The notes beneath the pieces are model-generated. The model was not told where the DNA came from, searched no databases, and saw only the letters and a list, made by a program, of their open reading frames with translations. A stretch of DNA of 63,632 nucleotides, counting the filler, from Fonticula-like sp. SCN 57-25 (Eukaryota), in assembly GCA_001724245.1 (NCBI GenBank). It is 7 parts of 7 records of this genome, joined end to end, with 100 filler letters (N's around TTAATTAATTAA, not from the genome) between each part and the next. Parts side by side here need not be neighbours in the genome. Positions count along the whole stretch, not along the records: positions 39,437 to 48,623 come from MEDX01000695.1; positions 48,724 to 56,257 come from MEDX01000696.1; positions 56,358 to 63,632 come from MEDX01000697.1; 4 more parts are not named here. One strand, 5' to 3'. A program made the position numbers and the translations under genes. Numbering within the stretch: the first letter of the stretch is position 1; the number at the start of each line of letters is the position of its first letter. This document shows, piece by piece, positions 45,854 through 57,003 of the stretch.

Positions 45854-48623
45854 TCACATTCTCCCCCTCGGTGGCGTCGCCGGCGCCTTCCCCCTTTCCC
45901 CAACCGCCGCCGCCGCCGCCCTTCTCCTCCTGCCCGCCTCCTCCAACTGCTCATTCAACGAAAATATATGCTCTGTCATCAAATTCATTTGCGTCTTATA
46001 ATTCGTCTCGGTCGTCATCAACGTGTCACGCACTTCCGCCGCGTCAGCCTGAGCCTCTTTCAGTGCCTCTTGAAGCAATTTTTGTTCACGCCGAGCACGT
46101 GACAGCGCCTCTTTGTGATCGCCGAGACGTGATTGGAGCGACATGACGGTGCCGTCTGCTGATTGGAGCTGCGCGATGAGCTGGTGAACACGTGTTTCAA
46201 AGTGGCGTTTGATAAGGGATTCGCGGTCAAGTTGGTCTTGGGTGACTTGGAGGGAAGTGGAAGGTGAGTCACGTGATACTGTGAATCTGACAGTAGTAGA
46301 TGGAATAGTAGGCGTAGTAGTAGTAGATGGGATAGTAGGAATAGGAATAGGAACATTGGTAGTAGTAGGAGGAGGAGTTGTAGAAGAGGCAAGGTCGTGT
46401 GCGTCAATGTCCATAAAGGAAGAAGAGGAATGTGAACTTGTAGTAGTAAATGTAGTCGATGTAGGTGCAGTAGTAGGTACAATAGTACTTGAAGATGCAC
46501 CATATGTACTTGTAGATACACCTGTAGATATACCAGGGAATTCACTTGATACACCATTGACTCCACTTGATACTCCAGTTACACCAAATGAATCTGCAGA
46601 CCATACATCAACTGAAGACATTGTATCTTGGCCACGTGGCGGTATGGCAGGCGGCTCATCAAATGCTGACGCACCACCTGAAGTAAACTCGCCAAATGAC
46701 TCATCCATAAGTGAAGCAGGCGGTGCCCCTTCACTAAACGACGCATCCATAAGTGACTCTTGATGACCATAAACTCTCTTTTGATGACCATCAGGAACAA
46801 CATGAGAATCATGAACATCATGAGTATGATCATGAGTATGATCAATATTAAGATCATGATTCACTTGATTCACTTGATTCTGATTAATCTGATTAATCTG
46901 ATTAATCTGATTCGCCTGATTCATCTTTACCATTTCCACCTTTTTCTTCTCTTCACTCAACTCTTTCCTACACCTTTCCAATGCCAACTTTGCCTCTTCC
47001 AACTCTCCTTTGACAACCCCAATCTCACCCATAACCGACATCACGTGACCTTCCGCCGCCACTGCCCTTTCCCTTTCCTTTTCCCTTTCCGCTTCCATTT
47101 CCGCCGCCCTTTTTTCCTCATCCTTTAGCCTGCTCTGCAGCAACTGCTGACCAAGTGACCACGTGACCTGCTCACGCTCAAGTTTGGCCGCGGCCTCTTG
47201 TGATTGGGCGAGCTTGACCGACATTTCATGCTGACTTTTCGAGGTCGTTTGTAACATGGCCACGTGGCGGATGGCATCGTCGTAAGGCACAGAAGGGGGT
47301 GTGTCGGTGGAAAAAGAGGATAAAAATGTGCGGATGCGAGTGCGCTGATTGGCTGAAAATGCAGATGGTGACGTCATCGGAATGCCATGGGCGAATAAGG
47401 AGGAAAAAGAGCGCTCGTAGAGGGAAAAAAGGCGGGAAAGTGACGTTGAAAGGGGCAAAAAGTGGACTGACATGCTTGTGGCTGCTGCAATGATGGCACT
47501 GGAAGTGGAAAAGAGGGAAGATGAAGTGGAAGGTGAAAGGGATTGGGAGGCATGTTGGTGCTCAAATTCAAGTTTGGACTTGATTTGCACTGAAAAGGCT
47601 GAGGAAGTGTTAGAAAAAGGGAAGAAAAGGGAAGAAAAAGGGGAGAACAGCAAGAAAAAGGGAGAAAAAAGAGTAAAAATAGATATGAAATGTGCTCAAA
47701 ATGATACACAGTGATACACAATACTCCATAAAAAGCACCAAAAACATTCATTTTCCCTAATAAAACACTATTTCTCCTTCCATATTTCCCTTCCATATTT
47801 CCCTAATAAAACCATTTCGTACTCTTTAATGACTCTGAAAGAGACTTCATTGCCCTCGCCATTCTCTTTCCATTTTCCGTCAAATCACCTTCTACTTGTT
47901 CTTCCTCCTCTTCTTCTACTTGTTCTTGTTCATGGCCACGTAGCATATTCACTGATGACGTCATCGATCCGATCGTGCCAAGCAGCAATCTGTTGCGTGC
48001 CTGCAGTGCTGTCGGACACGTGGGCGCAGCGCACTCGTCTTCGAGTAGTTGGGAAAGGAGGGGTAGCATTGTGGCCACGTGGGTGAGGAGGTGAGTGAAG
48101 CGGCGTGTAACGGCTGCGGCGTCCATTGGGGGCTAAAACAAGTATAAGTGGAAAGAAAGTAGGGAAAGTAAGGAAAGTAATAAGAAAATGGCACAATATG
48201 ACTACATAGCCGACAATATAGACAATAGAATAAGACTATAGACAATACAATACAGTCACAATAGCCAATACAATACGACTATATACCAACTTTTTTTTGA
48301 CCATACTCAAGACAATAGGCAACACAATAGACAACACAGTACACAATCACAAAATACACATGAACCAATACAGCACCAAAATACACCAAAAATGACCCTA
48401 CAATTACCCTCAAATTTACATCTTTCCATCTTTCCATCTTTCCATATTTCCCTCTTCTCGCACCTGATTGGCCATGTTCTTCCTGCCCGCGCGCATCTCC
48501 GCCACCCCCCTCTCCACCGCCCCGTCCACCGCCACCACCGCCCCCATATCGCTCATCATCTCATACAGCCTCGCCACTGTCCCTCCCAGCGTGCTCGCCT
48601 GCTGCATCGACAGGCCAAGTCGA
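45854..48623 (-). CDS. PPP1R21: PPP1R21-like (KLRAQ/FERRY subunit) coiled-coil protein, multi-exon, 5'-partial
   Basis: C-terminal RESLIKRHFETRVHQLIAQLQSAD..RDTLMTTETNYKTQMNLMTEHIFSLNEQL matches my recollection of the conserved PPP1R21 C-terminus. Upstream exons at ~47810-48126 and ~48465-48623. Confidence 0.7.
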
Positions 48624-48723
48624 NNNNNNNNNNNNNNNNNNNNNNNNNNNNNNNNNNNNNNNNNNNNTTAATTAATTAANNNNNNNNNNNNNNNNNNNNN
48701 NNNNNNNNNNNNNNNNNNNNNNN
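48624..48723. other. artificial contig linker
   Basis: N44-TTAATTAATTAA-N44. Confidence 0.99.
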
Positions 48724-50058
48724 GGGGCAGGTTACGCTTGGTCGGTATTTGCGCAACAATCTGGAGCTGTGACAAATACCGTCTACTTTTGCACGAACGT
48801 TAACCTGGACGGCGCGGTGTGGTCGGTGCAACATACTGTGCTGGCGCACTGTTTGAAGGCGATTCCAAGGATGAATGTAGTTGTTCGTCGAGGTGGCCGG
48901 CCGCGCATTTGTTCACCAGGAAACCTAAAACTTATTGCCGTGAATCTGGGGTCGGTCGACTGCTGAACTACGCCGCTGCACCTTTCCGCGAGCAGCGGTG
49001 GCAGCAAAAATATACGCTGACGATGTTGCATGCTTGCACGCCGATCACCTTGCCGCTGCGACGGTACACTTAAACGCCTCCGTGTTCTTGCTTGTCTCCA
49101 CGGTTAGCTGCTCTAGGTCCTCCGCCAACGCATCGTCGCCTTGCTCTTCACGAGCGTCGTCCTTGGGGCGGCTGACAACCGCGAGCACCGCCATGCGCGC
49201 ACAATCCCGCTCCACCCGCTCCACGCTAGCAAGGACCAACGTACCGCTCCTCGTCATAATGCCCTGCTCCAGGAAGTGAGTCGAACGTGAGTATGCAAAT
49301 TGGTAGCTGGTCGCCAATCTGACTGCCTGCGCAAGAACCATAGCGTCAACCTCACAAAACCTAGGAAAATAAGCGCACCACGAAGATCCAGCCGAGGCGA
49401 TCCAAGAAAAAGCCTGAACAACATATATGGCCGTGCTGCCATGCTTCAGATCAGGTTACGACGCAACGAGGTACCACGGCAACATGCTATGTATTCTCCT
49501 CACTTTTTGCGACTGACGCTGCAAACACTTCCGGACGATTCGTTCACCGTCGCGGTGAGTAGTTTCATACCAGCCTACTCAGCCGCTGAACCGCAGTCCG
49601 AGTGCTGGTGTGCTGCACTACAGTCAGACCTCTATCGGCGGCCAATGATTTATTACTCGATAAGGTTATTCCTCGTCGGCGTTGTGGATTTATTCACGTC
49701 CGCCACGCGCGTGCTTGCACACCACAGCACACACACTACGACCGCTACAACTTGCACAACCAGTACCACAGAGGATGAGTACGGCCAATCAACCACACTG
49801 AGCACACACCGCCTTTCGTTATGAACAAATAAAGGTGACCATTAACCGTTGGGAATGTAAGGCGGACATGGGGACAAATTATTATGGCGGTAAATCTGAT
49901 ATAATTCAACGACACTCCCAATCCTGATTGGATTTCACTAACACCGCCCGACCCCTCGCCATTTCATTAAATAGCTCGACCGCTGTGACGCACTACTGTC
50001 TATTGAAACTAGAAAAACAACTTCAAAACCACGCTTAGCGCACTCCATTCGTCCATGA

Positions 50059-52404
50059 CTACAATTCGCCGCTGCGTGCGCCCGCCTCCTCTTCGCCAAT
50101 CCGCACAGCCTCCTGATACACCTCCCCTGACGCCCTCCGCATACGTCGTATCGCAAAGTTCTCCTTGGCTTCTCCCATGCACGGACGCCCAGAAAAAGCA
50201 GCTACCGCGATGGCGACCTGCTTCTCGAGATGCGGATAAATAAGCCATTCGTGGGCGGACACAAATACGATGGCAACGCCAAACGCGGGCGGCATCTTTG
50301 CGTCAAGCTGTATCTTTGACTTTGCATGCGTGTCCATTGCGCGCACGTCACCGAGCGTCGACGTCGTGACGCCGCCCAGCGCGGTCGCCAATTTCTGGTT
50401 GAATATGAGGTCGACAAGCGAGCGCCCGTGCGCTGTCGCCACGACGCTGACACCGCGCACTGCAATTGTCTGGCACGCCTGGGCCTCGGCCGACGTGCTG
50501 AGCTCATCCACAATGACGACGTCGGGCGCATGATTCTCCACCGCCTCAAGCATGTCAGCGTCCTGACTCGAGCCGCGCAGCCGCCGCGCCAGTCCAACCG
50601 ACAGGTGTCCGCGCGTGCACCGCTCCGTGCCGCCACCAATCTCATTCGACCCATCGACGATGACGACACTTTTGTCCAACCGGTGGGTAAACAAGTGCGC
50701 CACCTCGCGCAGAAATGTGGTCTTCCCGGCCCCCGGCGGCCCAATGGCCACAATCGACCGACCGTGCTCTATCGCCTCCTCAAGCTGGTCCAGCGCCAGA
50801 CCCTCGACAACACCGACAATAGGTCGACCGACGCGGCATGTAACGCCAACGATCTTGCAGCGGCCGTCGCGCACAACCGACAGTCGGTGAAGCGCCCGTT
50901 TCACGCCGGTGCGCCCCTTGGCATTCACCGTGCCGGCGTCCTTGCCACGCAACAAACGACGCACGTCTCGCGTCGATACGGCAAAGCCGGAGAAACGCAA
51001 TAGACGCTGGCCGCCAATGCTGACAGGCGACCAATGACCGGCCAAGTCAACCTCTTCAGCAATGCCTCCGCCGTCTTGCCCGTCGCTATTACCTAGGCCA
51101 TCATCCTCGCTTTCCGTGCTATCACTCTCGTCATGCTCCTCTTCTTCGTCTGCGATCATCGCGGCGCGCCGATAGTATTCCAACACGGATGGAGACGCGA
51201 GCGGGAGCGGCGCGGCGTTGCTGAGTTTGACAATAAGGGGGCGCCGCACGTCCAGGATGATCTCGGCGATGCATTGCATGCGGTCGTTGCCAAGGGCAGC
51301 AATCGCAGCCTGCACGCGGGGTGGCATTACATTCAACAGGAGCGGCAAGTCATCAGTAAGCAGTTGCGGCAGCATCGGGCCGCTTTTGGATTCGTGCGGT
51401 GACGAATGGAGAGACGGTTCAGAGAACCGCGTCGAGGCGGAGGATACAGCGACGGCGCGCGCGCTCGGAGTGTGCGGCAGTACGACAAGGCAAGCGCCCT
51501 CCCACAGCGTGCCGTCGAGTGTGCGGACACGCTCGCAGTCTAGAAGAGTTTTGCAGGTGATAATGGCATATCGGTCGGCATGCGTGGCATTAAGAATGAC
51601 GCCCTGTTCGATAGCGATTTTGAATAAACGCAGAAATAAAGCAATATGGCGCACCATAATATTAATACCGGGCAGCTTGGATTTAAAAAAAGATGAAATG
51701 TCCGCTTGGTGTTTGTCGGTAGGGAAGCCGGCAACGTGCATGGCACAGCCGGTGCCATCGTGAGGGACAGAGGGGCGAGTATCCCCTGGCGCGACATCTG
51801 CAACAGGTGGAAAAGCCACAGGCGGAAGAGCAACAAGGGTGGCATGTGCGACAGACAGGGACGCATCAGGCGTGGCACGTGCAACAGGCAGGGGAGCAAG
51901 AGGCGAGGGAGTGACTAGCGCAGGCACGACGTGGTTGTCGTAAATGGTGAAACCCAGCCGCTCGAGATACGTTTGGAGTGGCCGTGGAACGTCAAGACCA
52001 TTATCGTAAATAAGGTTGTTAATGTAACCTAGATTTAAAAGGCCGCGCCGACCACAAATTGCAGCTTGACGGATCGCGTCGTTTATCACCGCGCGTACGC
52101 CAGACGCATGTCGGTCTGAAACTGGTTCGACAGGCTTGGGCTGCTTGGAGGCGATTTTGGGGGCAACGAAGGTGGAGCGGGCTGCTTTGTTGGGCACGAC
52201 GTGGTTGTCGGAAATAGTATAACCTAAACTCACGAGGTACGGCGTGATTGGGCGAGGGAAGTCGAGGCCCGCCTCGATGATGTGGGTGACCAGGCTGCCG
52301 ACGTTAAGCAGGCCATCACGATCGGTCTCCGTCGCGAACCGAATCTCTTGGTCGACTACTTTGCGAATTGCAGTGGCTTGCCTGTCAGACGGCACCTTTG
52401 TCAT
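50059..52404 (-). CDS. Ycf45/SpoIIIAA-like AAA+ ATPase with N-terminal duplicated domain and RRM
   Basis: EIILDVRRP, RTGVKRALHRLS..GVTCRVGR, Walker A GPPGAGKTTFLRE, VIVDGSNEIGG, EAVENHAPDVVIVDE, RGVSVVATAHG. RRM-like MHVAGFP..YAIITC..LDG. Likely ATG at 52404 with a CCAAT box at ~52505. Probable in-frame intron at ~51604-51654. Confidence 0.88.
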   Translation of the reverse strand: MTKVPSDRQATAIRKVVDQEIRFATETDRDGLLNVGSLVTHIIEAGLDFPRPITPYLVSLGYTISDNHVVPNKAARSTFVAPKIASKQPKPVEPVSDRHASGVRAVINDAIRQAAICGRRGLLNLGYINNLIYDNGLDVPRPLQTYLERLGFTIYDNHVVPALVTPSPLAPLPVARATPDASLSVAHATLVALPPVAFPPVADVAPGDTRPSVPHDGTGCAMHVAGFPTDKHQADISSFFKSKLPGINIMVRHIALFLRLFKIAIEQGVILNATHADRYAIITCKTLLDCERVRTLDGTLWEGACLVVLPHTPSARAVAVSSASTRFSEPSLHSSPHESKSGPMLPQLLTDDLPLLLNVMPPRVQAAIAALGNDRMQCIAEIILDVRRPLIVKLSNAAPLPLASPSVLEYYRRAAMIADEEEEHDESDSTESEDDGLGNSDGQDGGGIAEEVDLAGHWSPVSIGGQRLLRFSGFAVSTRDVRRLLRGKDAGTVNAKGRTGVKRALHRLSVVRDGRCKIVGVTCRVGRPIVGVVEGLALDQLEEAIEHGRSIVAIGPPGAGKTTFLREVAHLFTHRLDKSVVIVDGSNEIGGGTERCTRGHLSVGLARRLRGSSQDADMLEAVENHAPDVVIVDELSTSAEAQACQTIAVRGVSVVATAHGRSLVDLIFNQKLATALGGVTTSTLGDVRAMDTHAKSKIQLDAKMPPAFGVAIVFVSAHEWLIYPHLEKQVAIAVAAFSGRPCMGEAKENFAIRRMRRASGEVYQEAVRIGEEEAGARSGEL

Positions 52405-52871
52405 CTTGGGCAGGCAGCAAGAGCAGCAGGGCGGGCCGGGCCATATGTTGGCAACACTATGGAAACTTCGACCCAATGGCGGCGTCTGCGCGCCGCAAAA
52501 TCGTCCAATCACAGCATGGCAATCTCCTCATTCGCTCAAAATTCGCTCCCACAGTCCGGGGGTCATGAAACTTGCTACTGACAGTATCTCGAAGGCCGTG
52601 TCTCCTTGTTCTGGCTAAATACACATTTGGATCTTGTTCATACATAGAATCCCGATCAATTTTTGGCGGCAAGTGACATATCCATACTCTATTCAATCGC
52701 TGACTGCACAGGCTCACAGCACAAACGAAGGTCGACTAGTCGTTACAATACTCAGTATGGCTGGGCTTTAGGGGACTGGTACCATACTGTAGTTTATTTT
52801 CCAAATTAACGATATGACATAGGGTGACGGTATCTACTAATGCCCTGTTTTTTACTCTACTGACGAAATGT

Positions 52872-53110
52872 TCAGCGGGGCTGACCGCAACTGCGGGCAT
52901 TATGACCTGCCACTCCGCAGATGCTGCAGGAGATGGTTCGCGGGGGCCTTGCGGTTGCGGAAGCGGCGGTGGTGGCGGTGTCCACGTGCTCGAAGCGTGA
53001 AACATTCCGAGTCGTCGTGTTGGAAGGAGGGCGACCCCGCGCTCTGAGAATTGCCGGCTCACGGATCGGACCCTCCATCACTTCCGCGATCAGCTGCAGA
53101 TGCCTGCCTC
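52872..53110 (-). mobile_element. C-terminal remnant of a MULE/Mutator-like transposase with CCHC zinc knuckle
   Basis: IREPAILRARGRP..TRNVSRFEHV..CSICGVAGHNARSC resembles MULE/FAR1-type transposase C-termini. No DDE core is present. Confidence 0.55.
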
Positions 53111-53159
53111 CAAGTCCGCTCCGTGACCAACTTTGGCAGCTGCTGGCGGAGGAGGCCCG

Positions 53160-54402
53160 GTTGTGGGAGGCGATAGATATGTGCTGCGAGCATCAGCAGC
53201 GCATTACAGACGACGTGCTCGAGGTGTCACATATGCGCGCTGGCCGCTTTGCTCTGCACGAGCGCGTATTCGCTTTATCATCTGCTAAAGCGGCCCTCTT
53301 CAATACGTTTGCGGCCCAGGCGCGGTCTCTTGATATGGCATTAATATTAGAGGACACGTCACCAAAGGGGCTACTGCTGAGGGCCGACCCGCAGCGCATC
53401 CAGCAGGTTCTAGCCAACCTACTCTCAAACGCCATCAAGTTTACGGCCTCCTGTCCCGAGCGACGCGTTGTCCTGCGCGTCAACGTCGAGTCGACGGATG
53501 AGGCTGGTATCCAGGCTGCGCTAGCCCAGTTTGGCCCTTCCGATGCCAATGCAGTGGGAGTGCAACGGGGGAGCCGGCTTGTAATGGTGACGTTTGCCGT
53601 GAGCGATACGGGGATTGGGATGACGGAGGAGCAGCGGCAGCGACTCTTCCTGCCGTTCCATCAAGCAACACCCAAGACGCACAGCACGTACGGCGGGTCG
53701 GGCATGGGACTGTTTATCTGCCGAGGACTCGCCAGCCTCCTGCGCGCCACCATCTCAGTCGAGAGCGCGCTGAACGTTGGAAGCACATTCACGTTTCGCG
53801 TCCCGTCCGCCGTGGTCGAAGAAGGAGGAGAGGGCGTCGCAGCTCACGAGGACTTTGCGGCTCCTATAAGGCGCCCGGCAAGACGACGGCCCTTGACACC
53901 CGAACCAGATGCGGACACGGGAGTCTCGGCGCTTCCCACGGGCGACAAACCTTTGCGTACTCCCTCGTCAGTGTTGTCGGCGCAAGCTGCTCCTAAAAGC
54001 CCATACCATATTCTCGTTGCGGAGGACAATGACATTAACCGAAAGGTACTGCAGAAACAGCTGGAGAGCGCATCAGGGAGGCCGTACTGTGTAACGCTGG
54101 CAGTTGACGGACTCGAAGCCGTTGCGCAGTTTGAGCGTGCCGCCCCCCCTCCCGACCTTATTATCATGGACGTGGAGATGCCCAACATGAACGGCCTTGA
54201 GGCGACGGAACGAATCCGAGCTATTGAGCGCGAGCGTGGTGTGGTGCGAGGAATTCCAATCGTTGGCCTTTCGGGCAACGCACGGCAGGAGCAAATCGAT
54301 ATCACCCTCGGGCGCGGCATGAGTGGCTACCTTGCAAAGCCATGCCGACAGCCCGCCCTCCTTGCCTATCTAGAGCGATTTCTACCAAAAAGACCGTCCT
54401 GA
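53160..54402 (+). pseudogene. hybrid histidine kinase (end of HisKA + HATPase_c + receiver), N-terminally truncated
   Basis: QRITDDVLEVS, DPQRIQQVLANLLSNAIKFT (N box), DTGIG, LFLPFHQ, GGSGMGL; receiver ILVAEDN..MDVEMPNMNG..LAKP. The phospho-His box (SHEIRxP-type) is absent, and the upstream sequence is the antisense of the MULE remnant. Confidence 0.8.
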
Positions 54403-54718
54403 GGGCTGGCGAGGCGCAACACGCTCGAGTTTGTTTTTGTTGAGTTCTTGAAAGCGCCTGCGAGTGCCCAGTCGACATTGCCTGTCCAAATGTAAGGATA
54501 CATTGGAATATTGATGTATAGGCACTAGCGCAATATACAATCCCAATCTCGAACAAAGTTTCGTTAGTACCTACTTTTCCAGCGCCCAAATTCGGCACGC
54601 ATATTTTCATTGACACGCATACACGGCGCCTTTCTAACTTTATTGTTGCAGTTAGCGAGTTTTCAGACAGCACCACGAGGTCCAGTTCTCGTCTTCCCTC
54701 TTACGGTTTCTTCACACG

Positions 54719-55831
54719 ATGCCGGGCAGAGGACCACGCGGCGTAGTCTACCCGACGTGGTTTCGTGAGCGCATCTTGGAGGCGGGTGGCACACCGGCGG
54801 AGAAGTCCGTTCGGTTTGGCGCTAATTTGTCTACATTTTGCCGCCATCGAGTCATTTTGCGCGAAACCGGTTCGGCCGCGCCCAAGCCTCGTCGCGGCGG
54901 GCACAAGAATCTAACCACTGCGGAGCAGGACCAGATCCTGCGCACCATCACTTTGCTGCGACTGGACACTCGCATTTTGGAGGCACAAGCTGTTTTACAA
55001 AGTCTTGGCATCCCGCCGCTGTCGTCGACGACGGGCGTCGATGGGATTTAAGCGCAAGCGTCTTCGCGTGTTTGCGCAGCAGCGAGACGAGCAACGCCGC
55101 GTTCACTTTTGTAGAATCGGCCCTGCAGCGTCGCTCGGCGTGTCTGGCGTTGCCGGTGTGCCACCGCTCTTGCTCATCGACGTGGACGAGTGTGGCGTTG
55201 TTCTTCATGAAGCTGAGCGCCGAGTGGGGTTGGCTCCGCGAGGTCAACGTGCGCGCATGCCGGGACGAGTACGATTCGGCCGGTCATTTGTGCTTGTGCT
55301 GACGGGAACGATAGTACTCGCGTGGCGCCGCCCGGCATAGCGTCGTCCTCGATCGACATGATTTGCGGCCCAGTGGCGTTCTGGATTCTTCCATTTAATG
55401 TCAACGCCGACATTTTCCGTCTTTTCGTCCTTTTGATGCTGCCGCCGCCGATCCGGCCACAGCCGCATGCATACCACTTGAGGCGTGTTATCCTTTGGGA
55501 CAACCTGCGGGTACACTTTGACGCCGAAAATCTTCGCAGGAGGGTCCTGTGGTGGTTTCCCGCCCTGCCTTATTCACCAGACATGGCGCCGATCGAGTCA
55601 GCATTTTCAAAAATGATGGGCTTTTTGCGGACACACAAAGATAGTCTCACCGAGGCCAACCTTAGGGACTACATTTTGAGAGGAATATCCACGAATACCG
55701 CACGAGACATTCAAGGATGGTTTGGTCATCGGTTGCAGCCCTGGTTTAGTTTCAAGTCCGCAATGGGCTCGCCAAGAAGCCTAAAAGCTGCGCTCCGCAT
55801 GCGCCAGCTTTCTCCGACCGCGCGCGTTTAA
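54719..55831 (+). mobile_element. IS630/Tc1-mariner DDE transposase, frameshifted pseudogene
   Basis: HTH region FRERIL..RETGSAAPKPRRGG; then GFKRKR..IDVDECG..GLAPRGQR in a second frame; then ILWDNLRVH..LPYSPDMAPIESAFSK in a third. Two frameshifts at ~55035 and ~55320. Confidence 0.85.
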
Positions 55832-55964
55832 TTGAGGTAGCTGGAGCACAAGTTGCCCACCAGTGCCAGCAGCAGCGTACCCTGGGAATATGTCAGGTAG
55901 CTATGCCAACGACGGCTTGTAATGGGACGGGAAGTGGCCTGACCTCGATGATGTTGGAGCCAGC

Positions 55965-56054
55965 GACGGTGACGGTGACGGTAATGGTGATGGTGATGGT
56001 AATGGTGATGGTAATGGTGATGGTGATGGTGATGGTGATGGTGATGGTGATGGT
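55965..56054. repeat. (GGTGAT)n hexanucleotide repeat
   Basis: About 15 GGTGAT/GGTAAT/GGTGAC units; on the minus strand it reads (SP)n or poly-His depending on frame. Confidence 0.9.
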
Positions 56055-56117
56055 GGGGTTGTATTAGGACTGAGTCGAGGGCAGATTTCTGCAGTTTTCT
56101 GCCGTATTTCCTTTCCA

Positions 56118-56257
56118 ATGGACGCCGAGGCGACCCGAAAGCGCCCACACGACGCGTCCCTTATACCCGCGGAGCTTATTTGCTGCGGCAAGCGCTTTGC
56201 CTCCAAAGCCAACTATGCCAAGCACGTCTTGTTGAAAAGCCGCTTCGGAGGCGAGCA
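56118..56257 (+). CDS. possible C2H2-like zinc finger protein start, truncated by the contig end
   Basis: ICCGKRFASKANYAKHV. Confidence 0.3.
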
Positions 56258-56357
56258 NNNNNNNNNNNNNNNNNNNNNNNNNNNNNNNNNNNNNNNNNNN
56301 NTTAATTAATTAANNNNNNNNNNNNNNNNNNNNNNNNNNNNNNNNNNNNNNNNNNNN
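56258..56357. other. artificial contig linker
   Basis: N44-TTAATTAATTAA-N44. Confidence 0.99.
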
Positions 56358-56830
56358 CTAACGGCCAAGCGTTCTTGTTTGTCGTAGCGGAATGGGTTTC
56401 TGGTCCAAGAGATGAGTCGCGACCCGAGAAAGATGCACCTCCTCGCAGTGCGATAGGACATGGTATTCTTGGAAGACTGTCTAATGTAGTAGAGCATGGA
56501 TTCCTTGCTGACGCGCGTAATGGTGGCAGGAATGAACATCAAAATGTGGTAAAGAACCTCGGGAGGAATTCTGGCTTCGAAGTAAATGCAACGACCACCT
56601 TTCGTCATGCCGCATTTGTCGAACTTTGAGGGGTCTTCTAGGGGTCTGTAAAGGAATTCTTCTTCTTGGTTTGGCTTCTCTGTAAGTGGGACAAAGTTAC
56701 CAACTCTCAAGTAATCTTCAATGTCCTTTTGAGGGGTGATTTGAACGACGTTAGGGGGAACGTTCTTGGGGAATGGTATCTTGGACCTTAAAAATTTCTT
56801 TCGGAGTGCTTCCAATTCTTCTGCTTGCAT
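56358..56830 (-). CDS. putative F-box protein (giant-virus-like), 3'-partial
   Basis: ATG 56830 (MQAEELE); IPPEVLYHILMFI...RVSK is F-box-like. Confidence 0.55.
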
Positions 56831-57003
56831 GTTGTTTCTCTTTAGTGTAAAGAAAAATTGGTGGCGTCGAATTTGTGATTTTGTACTTTTTCGTCTCCCG
56901 AAGATCTGAAAATAAAAAATAAAAAATGACCAGCTTTTTTGGAATTTTACACCAACCAAAACAACGCTAGACCACGCGAGACGATATTGTTCTAATACCG
57001 ACA

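Noticed and set aside
46800-46925. 9-nt tandem repeats (TGATTAATC)n as a regulatory array
   Set aside because: They lie in frame within the PPP1R21-like exon and encode an (INQ)n low-complexity linker.
48724-49830. Short ORFs at the start of contig 6
   Set aside because: No recognisable motifs and overlapping frames; cannot assign.
55828-56212. Poly-His or extensin-like (SP)n protein
   Set aside because: Both readings come from one hexamer microsatellite, and there is no independent evidence for a coding frame.
54719-56257. Fanzor/TnpB nuclease next to the IS630/Tc1 transposase, and TIRs for the element
   Set aside because: No RuvC motifs appear before the contig ends, and no convincing inverted repeats were seen.
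9975-56357. Regularly recurring TTAATTAATTAA palindromes as a biological repeat
   Set aside because: They are always centred in 88 Ns and act as a six-frame-stop assembly spacer. ORFs containing X runs are artefacts.
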